Assembly: GCA_022561975.1 (NCBI GenBank)
Contig: JADFQD010000001.1
Coordinates: forward strand, 2,915-66,914
Direction of reading: 5' to 3'
Length of the DNA stretch: 64,000 nt
Origin: Acidobacteriota bacterium
GTDB lineage: Bacteria > Acidobacteriota > Thermoanaerobaculia > Multivoradales > JAHEKO01
Below are positions 54,098 to 64,000 of the stretch, piece by piece. Positions within the stretch are counted from its first letter, which is position 1, and the number at the start of each line of letters is the position of its first letter. Made by a program: the position numbers and the translations under genes. The notes beneath the pieces are model-generated. The model saw only the letters and a list, made by a program, of their open reading frames with translations, had not been told where the DNA came from and ran no database searches.

Positions 54098-55243
54098 ATA
54101 CAACCCGAACCCGAGCGCGAAGCCAAGGGGCAGAGTCGTCAACCAGGTCGCACCGATCTTTCCGATCGTGCGCCACTCACGCTTGCCGTTGACCAGCCCG
54201 ATGCCGAAGATCGCGCCGCACGAGACGTGGGTCGTAGACACCGGCACACCCATCCGCGATGCGCCCAGAACCAGGAAGGCCGTCATCAGGTTCGCGGTCA
54301 GCCCCTGACCTGTGTTGAGCACCGTGATGTGCTTGGACATGGTTTCGGCAACCTTGCGCGAGTGGAACCATCCGCCGGCGGCCATGGCCAGCGCGACCGC
54401 GCCCAGGGCCGGCGTCGTCAACGAACTCCCGAGTGCCACCACCCCGAAGAGAAGCGCCGCTATCTTGGGAGTGTCGTTGACCGCCCGCGCAAAACAAACC
54501 GCCCCGGCACTCAGATAGTGAAAAAAGTCCACCGCTCCCTGCGCCCGTATTCCGAACACCCGGCCGGAGTACCTCTCGACGCATTCGCTGGCTTGCCCCA
54601 CGCCGAGCTCGAACGGCGGAGTTCCGCCAACCACAGATACCGGCGATGTCGCCGATCCCGCGCCAGCCGTAGACATTGCGAGCGCGCCCAACGGCACGAG
54701 CTTCCTCTCTCCCCGCTCTCCGATACAGACACAGGTCTCTTTCTCGACCCGCAATCGCTGGCGTCCGAATCTAAAAACGCTGTAGAGCAATGCCGTGAGC
54801 GCGATCGAGAGCAGCGGGCTCAAGAGCAGCGGCTGCGCGAATTTGGTCGCCAGCGGCCCCCAGCCGACTCCCGAAGCGCCGGCCGCCGCAACGCCGGCTC
54901 CGACCAGCGCGCCGGTCAAGGCGTGGGTCGTCGAAGTCGGCATGCCGAGCATCGTGGCCAGCAGAATGGTCAGTGCACCGGCCCCGGCGACTGCGACCAG
55001 GAGGCCGACTCCGAGGAACTCGTCGGGCACCAGACCCTTGCCGCGAAACGCGCTCACCAACTTGGAAGCGAAAGCCACCGACACCAGGCTTCCGGCCAGG
55101 GTCGCTCCCGTGGCCCATACCAGCGCCGTCCGAAACGTCGTCGTGGCGCTGCCATAGAGGGTTGCCACGCCCTTGAAGTTGTCGTTGGCTCCGTTCGCCC
55201 AGGCTAAGAGGAAAACACAGACGACCAGCAAGACAACCAACAT
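54086..55243 (-). CDS. pit: Inorganic phosphate transporter, PiT (PHO4) family
   Basis: WANGANDNFKGVATLYGS N-terminal PHO4 signature and a repeated GANDxxN-type half. Confidence 0.85.
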   Translation of the reverse strand: MLVVLLVVCVFLLAWANGANDNFKGVATLYGSATTTFRTALVWATGATLAGSLVSVAFASKLVSAFRGKGLVPDEFLGVGLLVAVAGAGALTILLATMLGMPTSTTHALTGALVGAGVAAAGASGVGWGPLATKFAQPLLLSPLLSIALTALLYSVFRFGRQRLRVEKETCVCIGERGERKLVPLGALAMSTAGAGSATSPVSVVGGTPPFELGVGQASECVERYSGRVFGIRAQGAVDFFHYLSAGAVCFARAVNDTPKIAALLFGVVALGSSLTTPALGAVALAMAAGGWFHSRKVAETMSKHITVLNTGQGLTANLMTAFLVLGASRMGVPVSTTHVSCGAIFGIGLVNGKREWRTIGKIGATWLTTLPLGFALGFGLYCLT

Positions 55244-55383
55244 AGCGAGCGACCCTATCAGCTGCTATACGTCCTGCTTTCGACGCTGGTTTCACCCCGG
55301 CTTCAGCACACTCATCGCTAGAATGCCGTCACTCGGAGCCGGACGCAGCCTGCCGGACCGCCTCCCTCCGCCTACCTCTCACC

Positions 55384-56637
55384 ATGACGAAAGCCCAACC
55401 CAACCGCTCGCCCCAACCGAGTGCCCCGCGTGCCTCGAGTACCTTGAACTCGGAGCGACTGCTTCTCCACGCCTGCTTCCTCCTGACCGGTGTGACCGCG
55501 GTGCTCCTGGGACCCCTGATCCCGGAGCTCGAGGCCGTCTGGAACATCGACCACGCTCAAACCGGATCTCTCTTCCTGGTGCAGTTTTCCGCCAGCTCGA
55601 TCGGGGCGATCGTGTCCAGTCTCAACCTGCGCCGGAGCCTTGTCGCCGGCTACGCGCTCTCCGCGGTATCGCTCCTGGGACTAGCGTATGGCGGCTGGCC
55701 GCTCGCCCGTCTTTTCATGGCGGTTTCGGGCTTTTCGCTGGGCCTCGTGATCTCGGGCTCGAATCTCATGGTCGCCCGCAAGAACCCGGAGAACCGTGGG
55801 GCAGCGCTTTCGACCCTGAATCTGATTTGGGGCCTCGGAGCGGTGACCAGCCCACTGCTGTTCGCAATGTTCGCCAAGTCGCTCGGAGCGTTCGGCCTGC
55901 TCGAGCTTCTCGCGCTACTGGCCGCGACCGCCAGCGTGGCCATGGCTCTCAAACTCAGCAATCCGGCACCAGACGGAGCCGACACCGCCGCAGCCAACGG
56001 CGCGCCGCGACACTCGGCACCTCCCTTACTGCTTCTCGTGGCCGCGTTGCTGTTTTTCTACGTCGGCGTCGAAATCTCGATCGGTGGTTGGCTGGTGACT
56101 CTGTCGGACCAGTTCTCGACCGAGCGCACGGTGGTTTCCCTGATCATCGGCTCCGGCTTCTGGGGCGCACTGCTGACGGGTCGAGCCATCGCGGCCATCG
56201 TGCTCGAGCGCCTGAGCGAGGCTACCGTGTATGCAGTCTCGCTGTCTGTCGCCGCAACCGGCGCAGTCTGCCTGTTTCTCGCGGACTCACGCTCTGCCGT
56301 CGCCGTGGGCGCGGTGCTTTCCGGCTTGGGGTTGGCCGCCCTATACCCCCTGACCGTTTCGATTCTTGCGGCGGTCACCGCTTCGAGCCGATCACATGTC
56401 GCCGGCCTGTTGATGGCCTGCGGCGGCTTCGGTGGTGCGCTTTTGCCGTGGCTGACCGGCCGCCTGTCTCGAGCCTCCGCCAAAGCCTCGGAAGCCGTGG
56501 CCCCGGAAGCACTGGCAGATTCCTTGAGTCGCGGCTTTCTGGTGCCAATCGGCGGACTGATCGCGTTAGCGATCTTCTTTGCGCTCTACCACCGGGCCAG
56601 GTCGAACACGTCGAGATCCTGGACGGCTTCGTCCTGA
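55384..56637 (+). CDS. MFS transporter
   Basis: 12 TM. The overlapping 528-aa + ORF (55173..) in another frame is judged spurious. Confidence 0.7.
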   Translation: MTKAQPNRSPQPSAPRASSTLNSERLLLHACFLLTGVTAVLLGPLIPELEAVWNIDHAQTGSLFLVQFSASSIGAIVSSLNLRRSLVAGYALSAVSLLGLAYGGWPLARLFMAVSGFSLGLVISGSNLMVARKNPENRGAALSTLNLIWGLGAVTSPLLFAMFAKSLGAFGLLELLALLAATASVAMALKLSNPAPDGADTAAANGAPRHSAPPLLLLVAALLFFYVGVEISIGGWLVTLSDQFSTERTVVSLIIGSGFWGALLTGRAIAAIVLERLSEATVYAVSLSVAATGAVCLFLADSRSAVAVGAVLSGLGLAALYPLTVSILAAVTASSRSHVAGLLMACGGFGGALLPWLTGRLSRASAKASEAVAPEALADSLSRGFLVPIGGLIALAIFFALYHRARSNTSRSWTASS

Positions 56638-56785
56638 CTGTACGCCGTCTTGACAGACGCCAGGGGCAGCCTTATGGTTCGCGCTCGATGAGTGTTTCTC
56701 AGGGGCGCCAGCGCCAACGCCGAGTATCAGCGACGGGTAGCCGGAAAACCGTGATCTGAGAACCATCGTTTCGTTCGACGACATG

Positions 56786-56821
56786 AGCCCCCGGCCGGAG
56801 AGGTCGGGGGCTCGTTTTTTT
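56786..56821 (+). terminator. Rho-independent terminator (gagcccccg-gccggagaggt-cgggggctc + T7) between MFS gene and argG
   Basis: 9-bp GC stem followed by a T-run. It is immediately followed by an AAGGAG RBS and the argG ATG. Confidence 0.65.
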
Positions 56822-56842
56822 CCGTCTCTAGAAGGAGTCACC

Positions 56843-58090
56843 ATGAGCAACAAGATCGTACTGGCCTACAGCGGAGGTCTCGACACCGCGTGTATCCTTC
56901 GGTTCCTTCAGGAACGCGGTTACGAAGTGGTCGCCTTCGTCGCCAACGTCGGCCAGCGGGAGGACTTCGACGCCGTCGCGGACCGCGCGCGCGCCCAGGG
57001 CGCCGCCGATGTGGTCGTGACCGATCTGCGCCGGGAGTTCGTCACCGATTTCATCTTCCCGGCGCTCGCCGGCAACGCCGTCTACGAGAGCCGCTACCTG
57101 CTCGGCACGGCTCTGGCGCGCCCGATCATCGCGCAGCAACAGATCGAAGTGGCGCGCGCTTGCGGTGCGACCACCCTCTCTCACGGCGCCACCGGCAAGG
57201 GCAACGATCAGGTTCGCTTCGAGCTCGCCTACGCAGCTCTGGCTCCGAACATGACCGTCGTCGCCCCATGGAAAGATCGCGAGTTCTTGGACCGCTTCAA
57301 AGGCCGCAAAGACCTGCTTCGCTACGCCGCCGAGCAGGGGCTCGACATCGACGTCACCGAGAGCAAGCCCTACAGCACCGACGAGAATCTGATGCATTGC
57401 AGCTACGAAGCCGGCGTTCTGGAAGATCCCGAGACTGCCCCGACCGACGACATGTTCCGGTTGACGACCTCGCCGCTCGACGCACCCGACCAGCCGGCCG
57501 AGATCACGCTGCGGTTCAAAGATGCTCGGCCGGTGGCGCTTCTGGAAGAAGGTCGAACCGGCGCGACCAGCGCGACCAGCACGATCGAGGATCCGCTCGC
57601 CCTGTACCTTCGGCTCAACGAACTCGGCGGCCTGCACGGAATCGGTCGCATCGACATCGTCGAGAATCGCTTCGTCGGCATCAAGTCTCGCGGCGTCTAC
57701 GAAACCCCCGCCGGCACCATCCTCCACGTCGCGCTACGGGATCTCGAGGGCATTGCGATGGACCGCGAAGTGCTTCGCCTTCGCGATGGTCTGTCGCCGA
57801 AGTTCGCTGAGTTGATCTACAACGGTTTCTGGTTCAGTCCGGAGATGGATTTCGTTCGCGCCGCGTTTGCCCAGGCCCAGGAACTCGTCGATGGCGACGT
57901 GCGCCTGCGACTCTACAAAGGCCAGGCCAGCATTCGCGGCCGCGTCTCGCCCAGCTCGCTGTACGATCAGAACCTGGCTTCAATGGATGTCGAAGGCGGC
58001 TACGACGCGACCGACGCCCTCGGCTTCATCCGCATCAACGCCCTGCGGCTCAAAGCACATCGCATGATCGTTCGAACGGGAACGCAATGA
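56843..58090 (+). CDS. argG: Argininosuccinate synthase
   Basis: [16 protein letters not shown] (PP-loop), with a strong RBS 8 nt upstream. Confidence 0.95.
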   Translation: MSNKIVLAYSGGLDTACILRFLQERGYEVVAFVANVGQREDFDAVADRARAQGAADVVVTDLRREFVTDFIFPALAGNAVYESRYLLGTALARPIIAQQQIEVARACGATTLSHGATGKGNDQVRFELAYAALAPNMTVVAPWKDREFLDRFKGRKDLLRYAAEQGLDIDVTESKPYSTDENLMHCSYEAGVLEDPETAPTDDMFRLTTSPLDAPDQPAEITLRFKDARPVALLEEGRTGATSATSTIEDPLALYLRLNELGGLHGIGRIDIVENRFVGIKSRGVYETPAGTILHVALRDLEGIAMDREVLRLRDGLSPKFAELIYNGFWFSPEMDFVRAAFAQAQELVDGDVRLRLYKGQASIRGRVSPSSLYDQNLASMDVEGGYDATDALGFIRINALRLKAHRMIVRTGTQ

Positions 58091-59451
58091 CCACGTTGTG
58101 GGGGACCGCGGGGACAAGTGGCGAGCCGCGGCCCGAGGAACTGATCTCGCGCCTGACCGTCGGGCGTGACCCGGAGCTCGATCTGGAACTCCTGCGCTTC
58201 GACGCTCTGGCGAGCGCCGCCCACGCCCGCATGCTGGGTGCGATCGGCGTTCTGACCGAGCCCGAACTCAGTGGACTGCTGGACGAGCTTCGCGCGATCA
58301 CGAGCGACACTCAGTTCAGAATCAAGCGATCGGAAGAGGACGGTCACACCGCGATCGAGAATCGCTTGACAGCCCAGCTCGGCGAGGCCGGGCGCAAGAT
58401 CCACACCGGGCGCAGCCGCAACGATCAGGTGATCGCGGCGCTCAGACTCTGGGGCCGCGAGGCCGTCCTGGATCTCACCGGGCAGCTCCTCGCCCTGGTC
58501 GAAGCCACCGGCAAGCTCGCTGCCGAGCACGCCGAGACCAGCATCGCCGGCACCACCCACACCCGCCAGGCCATGCCGTCCACGCTCGGCCACTTCTTCG
58601 CCGCCAATGCCGAAGGCCTGCTCGATCAGATGCCCTGGCTGCGCACGGCCTACGAGCACCTCAATCGTTCTCCGCTGGGGAGCGCGTCCGGCTTCGGCGT
58701 GGCCCTGAGTCTCGACCGCGAGCTGGTCGCCAGGCTTCTGGGATTCGCGTGCGTTCAGGTCAATACGCTGGCGGTCCAAAACGACCGCGGCCGAACCGAG
58801 GCGCACGCCCTGTCCGTTGCCGCGTCGATTGCGACCGACCTCGGCCGGCTCGCTTCCGATCTCATCCGCTACTCGGCCGAGGAACTCGGGTATCTTTCGC
58901 TGGGCTCGGAAACCACGACCGGATCGAGCATCATGCCGCAGAAGCGCAATCCCGATGTACTCGAGATCATTCGCGCTTCGGCCGGTCGCTGCCGGGCTCT
59001 GCACGCCGAGGTCACCGGCATCTACGGCGCCGTCGGCCTCGGGTATCACCGCGACCTGCAGCTGACCAAGGAGCCTTTCCTGCGCGGCCTACCGCTCGCC
59101 ACCGACTGTTGCGCCGCCATGGCGCGCGTACTCGAGACCATGACCGTCGACCGCGAGCGCTGTCGCCAAGGGGTTCTTCCGGCGACGGCGGCGACCGATG
59201 CTGTCTACCAGCGCGTCGCGGACGGGCAAGCGTTCCGCAAGGCCTACCGGGAGGTCGCAAGCGACCCCGCGTCGGCGTACCCGGCCGCATCCGGAGACCC
59301 GGCCGAGAGCTGGCGCGCGCGCCGGCATCTCGGTGCGCCTGGCGATCTCGACCTGTCCTACCTCGAGAGACGCTTGGCGCCGGCAAGAACCTGGCTCGAA
59401 GCGCAACGCACGGCAATCGCGGACGTCTGGCGCAGATTCGAGCGCGACTGA
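58087..59451 (+). CDS. argH: Argininosuccinate lyase
   Basis: Fumarate-lyase signature [19 protein letters not shown] overlap with argG. Confidence 0.95.
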   Translation: MTTLWGTAGTSGEPRPEELISRLTVGRDPELDLELLRFDALASAAHARMLGAIGVLTEPELSGLLDELRAITSDTQFRIKRSEEDGHTAIENRLTAQLGEAGRKIHTGRSRNDQVIAALRLWGREAVLDLTGQLLALVEATGKLAAEHAETSIAGTTHTRQAMPSTLGHFFAANAEGLLDQMPWLRTAYEHLNRSPLGSASGFGVALSLDRELVARLLGFACVQVNTLAVQNDRGRTEAHALSVAASIATDLGRLASDLIRYSAEELGYLSLGSETTTGSSIMPQKRNPDVLEIIRASAGRCRALHAEVTGIYGAVGLGYHRDLQLTKEPFLRGLPLATDCCAAMARVLETMTVDRERCRQGVLPATAATDAVYQRVADGQAFRKAYREVASDPASAYPAASGDPAESWRARRHLGAPGDLDLSYLERRLAPARTWLEAQRTAIADVWRRFERD

Positions 59452-59666
59452 TACCGCGCGCTCAGTAGGACCCGGCCTGGCAGCCCTCGGTATGAGGCAC
59501 GGTGATCACCAACGAGGTTTTGCAGGGAATCCTCGCTTCGACCACGATCGGCTTGGGCGCCACCACCAGAACCGGCAGCCTCAACCCAACCGGCTGCGCC
59601 GAGGCGGGTCTTTTTTCAGACTATCGTGACTCTCTCGGCGGAGATAGGGCGCTCTCCGAGCACCCC

Positions 59667-60062
59667 TCAATACACGCGGCGAACGGCCTCGATCCGGTCG
59701 AAACCGGTATCGAAAGTCATAATGCGCTCGACGCCCTGGGCTGCCATGACGGCCACATGGATAGCGTCGCGGGCCGAGAGTTGCTGTTTTTCCAGCAGCA
59801 GACTCTTGGCGGTCGCAACCAATTCCAGGTCAAGGGCGAAGACTTCGTCCGTAAGATCCGCCAGGACGGCCCACGCGGGTTCGATGGCGTCGCGACACCG
59901 AATCGCCGCGTACCGATGGAGGATCTCTTGAAACACTTCGACGTCGGTCACCAGCTTCTCCCGTGCCTCGATGAAGCGCTCGAGAAGCTCCCGCGCCCGC
60001 TGCTTGTTCGGATGGGCTTTCCCCACCAGATACATCGGAATGTTGGAGTCCAGAAAAATCAG
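59667..60062 (-). CDS. vapC: PIN-domain toxin VapC (non-canonical start, CTG/ATT overlapping vapB stop)
   Basis: LIFLDSNIPMYLV ... DAIHVAVMAAQGVERIMTFDTGFDRI carries the PIN acidic residues. There is no ATG/GTG/TTG in frame between the antitoxin stop and the first catalytic Asp. Confidence 0.65.
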   Translation of the reverse strand: MIFLDSNIPMYLVGKAHPNKQRARELLERFIEAREKLVTDVEVFQEILHRYAAIRCRDAIEPAWAVLADLTDEVFALDLELVATAKSLLLEKQQLSARDAIHVAVMAAQGVERIMTFDTGFDRIEAVRRVY

Positions 60063-60313
60063 GTGGTTCTCCCCGCGTAGCCACTCTCGACTTCGGCCAG
60101 CACCTGATCGATATCGCCGGTCGGAAAACAATGTTCGACCGAGCGCTCGAGAGCCGCCCGCTTGGTCTCGGAATCCGCTGCGGGCTCTTGGGCGCGCGCG
60201 TGCCGAAGGCTCTGGCGCACCCATTCGGCGACCGTCATGCGATGCCGGCGAGCGATGGCCCGGATCTGGTCGAACTCGGCCTCTTCCAAGAGCACCTGTA
60301 GTCTCTTACTCAT
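60059..60313 (-). CDS. vapB: VapB-like antitoxin (RHH/CopG-type)
   Basis: 84 aa, MSKRLQVLLEEAEFDQIRAIARRHRMTVAEWVRQSL, directly upstream of and overlapping the PIN toxin gene. Confidence 0.6.
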   Translation of the reverse strand: MSKRLQVLLEEAEFDQIRAIARRHRMTVAEWVRQSLRHARAQEPAADSETKRAALERSVEHCFPTGDIDQVLAEVESGYAGRTT

Positions 60314-60649
60314 ATCATGAGTATAATCACAGTCAGAGAATGAGTCAAGCCGCCGCTGGCGGATCTACAGCACGACAAGCATGGAACCTCATTGGCTGGC
60401 CTGATGAGCGGGCACCTCATTTGGCACTGGGGCACCACTCTTCCCCTCAACGAGTATACTGTTCTATGTGACCCCACTTCGCGATACGCCCGACCCACCA
60501 GTCCTCATGAAGGTACACACACGGCGACCGGAGGGCGGTGACGTCCTGGTCGACGCGGCGATCCTCCAGCGCACCATCAACAGACTTCGTCGCTCGCCGC
60601 TGGTCCCGCGCGGGCTCCATCGCTTCGTCACACATGAGGAGGCCGATCG

Positions 60650-61060
60650 ATGGATGACTCGTCAGATGGCCGCTACCCACGCGCGCCGGAACTCGAAGAC
60701 TTGGCCGAACTCTGCCGACGACTCAACGAAGCCGGCGCCCGCTACCTCCTGATCGGCGGCTTCGCCGTCATCTTCCACGGCTTCACGCGCGGTACGCGGG
60801 ACATCGATCTACTCGTCGACCCGTCGGTAGAGAACATCCGGGCCGTAAAGCAAGCTCTGTCGAGTCTGGCGGACAACGCGGTGGCTGAAATGGAGGATTC
60901 GGAACTCGACAGATACGCCGTCGTGCGCGTCGCCGACGAAATCGTCGGATTCCTGTCGCGGGCAAGCGCCTCCTCTTGCGCATGAAGGAGACCTTGCGGC
61001 CCGCTGACGCGATGGACTCGGACTTCCTGCGTCAGGCCCTGCGGGAAGAGGGCGCCAAAG
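60650..61060 (+). pseudogene. Nucleotidyltransferase-fold (MNT/AbiEii-like) gene with apparent frameshift near 60950
   Basis: Frame A gives ARYLLIGGFAVIFHGFTRGTRDIDLLVD...VVRVADEIVGFLSRASASSCA*. Frame B continues IPVAGKRLLLRMKETLRPADAMDSDFLRQALREEGAKDG*, which reads like the natural C-terminus. Confidence 0.45.
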
Positions 61061-62497
61061 ATGGTTGAGGACGGTCGTGCCAAGTCCGGCCTGCCATCCT
61101 CGACACTCGCCGCGAGCATTGGTTTCGCGGCTTGCTTGGTTGCGGTCCTGGCCCTGACAACCCTCGCGGCATTGGCGGCGCTACCGGACGGGACATTAGA
61201 TCCGAACAGCCAGTGGGGACAGTGGCGGGGACCTCTCGGCACCGGTGTCGCCCCCAACGCCGATCCGCCGCTCGAGTGGGCCGAGAACCGCGACATCCGC
61301 CACAACATCCGATGGAAGCGTGCGCTACCCGGCATGGGGCATTCGACCCCGGTGGTCTGGGGCGACCGGGTCTTTCTCACCACCGCCGTGCCCTACGGCG
61401 AAGAGGTCGGCGCCGCCGGCCGCAAGGCCCCCGGTGCGCACGACAACATGGCGCCTTCGCGACGCTTTGAGTTCGTGGTACTCGCCATCGGCCGCGACGA
61501 TGGCGGTATCGTGTGGCGGCGAACAGTGCGCCGCGAGGCGCCGCACGAGGGCACCCACGTCACCGGGAGTTGGGCCTCCAACTCGGCGGTCACCGACGGC
61601 GAGCACTTGATCGCCTCCTTCGGCTCTCGCGGCATCTACGGCCTGGACTTGGACGGCAATCTCCTGTGGGAGACCGATCTCGGCGACATGGAGACCTTCC
61701 ACGGCCACGGAGAGGGCAGCTCTCCGGCGCTGCACGGTAACACGCTGGTTGTGAACTGGGACCATCAGGGGCAGTCCTTCGTCGTGGCGCTGGACAAGCG
61801 AACGGGCAAGGAGCGCTGGCGTGCGGCGCGAGACGAGATCACCTCCTGGTCGACGCCTCTGGTCGTCGAGCACGCGGGCAGAGCGCAAGTGATCGTCAGC
61901 GCCACCCACCGCGTGCGCGGGTACGACCTGGCCACCGGGGAGGTGCTTTGGGAATGCGGCGGGCTATCACGGAATGTCGTCGCCTCGCCGGTCGCGGGCG
62001 ACGGGATGGTCTTTGTGGCCAACAGCTACGACACCCGGGCGATGCTGGCGATTCGGCTCGAGGCGGCCCGGGGTGACATCACCGGGACCGACGCGGTCGC
62101 CTGGACCCGTCGGCACGACACGCCGTATGTGCCGTCCCTGCTCCTGGACCGGAATCGGCTGGTGTTTCTCAAGCACAACCAGGCCATCCTGACCGCGGTT
62201 GATAGGCGAACCGGAGAGACTCTCTTCGGTCCTCGGAGACTGCCGGGAATCCACACGGTCTTCGCTTCGCCGGTGGCGGCTGCCGACCGCATCTACGTCA
62301 TCGGCCGCGGCGGCACCACGGTGGTACTCCGGCAAGGCGACGAGTTCGAAGTGCTGGCCGTGAACCGCCTGGAAGACACCTTCTCCGCCTCGCCCGCGAT
62401 CGTCGGCGATGAGATCTACCTGCGCGGGCTACGCTATCTCTACGCTCTTGGTGCCAGCGCCGAGCCAGATGCAGTCGCCGAGCAACGGGCCCGCTAG
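61061..62497 (+). CDS. PQQ-like beta-propeller repeat protein (BamB-like fold), secreted
   Basis: Signal peptide. Repeated ...G.V.WR../..G..LW.. blades (GGIVWRRTV, GNLLWETDLG, GKERWRAARD, GEVLWECGG). Confidence 0.75.
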   Translation: MVEDGRAKSGLPSSTLAASIGFAACLVAVLALTTLAALAALPDGTLDPNSQWGQWRGPLGTGVAPNADPPLEWAENRDIRHNIRWKRALPGMGHSTPVVWGDRVFLTTAVPYGEEVGAAGRKAPGAHDNMAPSRRFEFVVLAIGRDDGGIVWRRTVRREAPHEGTHVTGSWASNSAVTDGEHLIASFGSRGIYGLDLDGNLLWETDLGDMETFHGHGEGSSPALHGNTLVVNWDHQGQSFVVALDKRTGKERWRAARDEITSWSTPLVVEHAGRAQVIVSATHRVRGYDLATGEVLWECGGLSRNVVASPVAGDGMVFVANSYDTRAMLAIRLEAARGDITGTDAVAWTRRHDTPYVPSLLLDRNRLVFLKHNQAILTAVDRRTGETLFGPRRLPGIHTVFASPVAAADRIYVIGRGGTTVVLRQGDEFEVLAVNRLEDTFSASPAIVGDEIYLRGLRYLYALGASAEPDAVAEQRAR

Positions 62498-63813
62498 AGA
62501 GCCGAGGTTAGAAGCCACCACCCGGCAACCAAAAGAATCGCTGCGGGGACGGCGAAGCGTAGCCAGTGGTAAAGCCAGACGGTCGAGCGGGTAGGCCCCT
62601 CGGGCCGGAGTTGGCGCAACACCGCGTGACGATCGATGCACCAACCCACCGTGATCACGGCAAACAGCGCGCCCAAGGTCTGCATGCCGGATCCGAAGGT
62701 CAGGTCCCAGGGCACGAAGATACGCATATTGATCATCGGCGGTACCGACAGGACAAAGACGATTGCAGTCATCAACCACACGGCCGCGGTGCGAGACAGC
62801 GAGGTGTTGTCCGTGATTCCCGCGACCAACACCTCGAGCGCTCCCACCGCGGACAGATAGGCGGCCCCGAAAAGCGCGACGAAGAACAACAGTCCGAAAA
62901 ATCCTCCAAAGGGAATCTGATCGAATACCTTGGGCAGCGTGGAAAAGATCAAGCCGGGACCGCTCCCCGGCTCCATTCCCAGCGCGATCACCGCGGGAAC
63001 GATCGCCAGGCCCGCCAGCAAGCCGGCAATAAGGTCCCCGCCGGCGGTCCATGCCGCGTTCCGACCCAGCTCTTCCTGGCGGGCCAGGTAGGAGCCGTAG
63101 ACGACCATGAAGGTTCCGCCCAGCGACAGGCTGAAGAAAGCCTGGCCGAGGGCGGCGAGAACCACCCCACCATCGAGCTGGCTGAGGTCGACTTTCAGCA
63201 GATACCAGCGGACGCCTTCCCATGCACCGGGCAACGTCAACGCCCGAACAACGAGCAGCATTACGATGCCCAGCAGGGTCGGCATGATCAGCTTGCTCGC
63301 TCGTTCGATCCCTCCGTGCAGGCCTCTCACGAGGACGACCGCACACGACACCAGGACGAACGCCGTACAGGCGAGCTGCAGCGCGAGAGATTTCGAACTG
63401 AACCCCTCCGCCGGCGGCAGGATTGCCGATGTATCGAAGGATACCCGGACCAGACTCAGGGCCTCGCCGATGCCGTGGTACAGCACCCAGCCAATGACGT
63501 TCGAGTAGTAGCCCGTCGCCACCGTGACCACGAAGAAGAAAAACCAGCCGACGTACCGGCCCAGGGGAAGCCCCGCGTGTGCAAAGGCACCGAAAGGACC
63601 GAGGCGAGCGTGGCGCCCCAGCGCCCATTCCGCCATCAAGGTGGGGATGCCCAAGAGCAAGACGGCCAGGATGTAAATCGCGACGAACGACGCTCCTCCG
63701 AACTTCCCGACCATGTAGGGAAAGCGCCAGACGTTGCCCAGGCCCACGGCCACACCGATCATCGTCATCAGCAGGCCGAATCGCGAGCCGAAGATCTCTC
63801 GTTCGCCGCTCAT
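62494..63813 (-). CDS. Sodium-dependent transporter, NSS (SNF) family
   Basis: GLGNVWRFPYMVGKFGGASF signature in TM1. Confidence 0.9.
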   Translation of the reverse strand: MSGEREIFGSRFGLLMTMIGVAVGLGNVWRFPYMVGKFGGASFVAIYILAVLLLGIPTLMAEWALGRHARLGPFGAFAHAGLPLGRYVGWFFFFVVTVATGYYSNVIGWVLYHGIGEALSLVRVSFDTSAILPPAEGFSSKSLALQLACTAFVLVSCAVVLVRGLHGGIERASKLIMPTLLGIVMLLVVRALTLPGAWEGVRWYLLKVDLSQLDGGVVLAALGQAFFSLSLGGTFMVVYGSYLARQEELGRNAAWTAGGDLIAGLLAGLAIVPAVIALGMEPGSGPGLIFSTLPKVFDQIPFGGFFGLLFFVALFGAAYLSAVGALEVLVAGITDNTSLSRTAAVWLMTAIVFVLSVPPMINMRIFVPWDLTFGSGMQTLGALFAVITVGWCIDRHAVLRQLRPEGPTRSTVWLYHWLRFAVPAAILLVAGWWLLTSAL

Positions 63814-64000
63814 TGACTTGCCAGCAGGTCAGCCAGGGCATCGAGACCGGTTTCGATGTCCTCGATACTGTTGAAGTAGTGAGGAGCCAGACGAATGACC
63901 CGTCCCCGCGCCGCGGCATGGATCCGACGCCCGAGCAACCGTGTCTCGATGACCTCCGCGTTGCCCGGACAGACGAAGGCCGTGGTCGCGGTTTTGCGCG
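63810..64000 (-). CDS. C-terminal end of a class-V (PLP) aminotransferase-like protein; 5' part outside window
   Basis: Hand translation gives ...AFVCPGNAEVIETRLLGRRIHAAARGRVIRLAPHYFNSIEDIETGLDALADLLASQ*, whose (V)R(L/I)SPH(F/Y)YN..E(E/D)I tail is typical of aminotransferase class V. Its stop overlaps the NSS start. Confidence 0.55.
   Translation of the reverse strand, partial: RKTATTAFVCPGNAEVIETRLLGRRIHAAARGRVIRLAPHYFNSIEDIETGLDALADLLASQ

Noticed and set aside
55173-56759. 528-aa plus ORF overlapping the MFS gene in another frame
   Set aside because: It is Arg/Ser/Pro-rich with no TM helices or motifs. The 55384-56637 frame has a proper MFS hydrophobicity pattern.
62429-63919. 496-aa minus ORF in an alternative frame to the NSS transporter
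   Set aside because: The overlapping 439-aa frame carries the NSS GLGNVWRFPY signature and a hydrophobic TM profile. This frame is Arg/Gly-rich nonsense.

Overview
This 64 kb window is a high-GC (about 65-68%) bacterial chromosomal segment. It is dense with housekeeping genes on both strands, has frequent 4-nt start/stop overlaps (GTGA/ATGA), and produces many long spurious antisense ORFs. Coordinates for non-CDS motifs are approximate (±3 nt), because hand-counted positions disagreed with the ORF track by about 1 nt in places.

The core region is a conserved syntenic block: dprA(smf)-topA-trmFO-xerC-[membrane ORF]-hslV-hslU. It is followed by a repeat-bearing lipoprotein, dapF, tyrS, a hypothetical HxD...H protein, and an rnhA with an unusual N-terminal Cys-rich extension. 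Further genes are nrdAB (class Ia RNR with an NrdR-box-like palindrome upstream), two paralogous Fe(III)-type ABC transporter operons, gltA, acnA, sucA(E1), argGH, pit, several MFS/NSS/AGCS transporters, a rhomboid protease, a GAF sensor histidine kinase, a secreted M43 metalloprotease, a GH105-like hydrolase and a BNR_4::Omp85 fusion protein.

Three small accessory patches stand out.
- About 14.9-17.7 kb, lower GC: yefM-yoeB, an orphan HicB-like antitoxin, an FRG-domain protein and a REP-like hairpin.
- About 28.7-30.3 kb: two gene remnants abutting a 5'-truncated RayT/IS200-like HUH transposase, plus a 17-bp tandem repeat array.
- About 59.6-61.1 kb: vapBC plus a frameshifted nucleotidyltransferase-like gene.

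A REP-like palindrome (GGGGACACC...GGTGTCCCC) occurs at least twice, after topA and before nrdB, and may be the substrate of the RayT-like transposase. No CRISPR array, rRNA or confident tRNA was seen.
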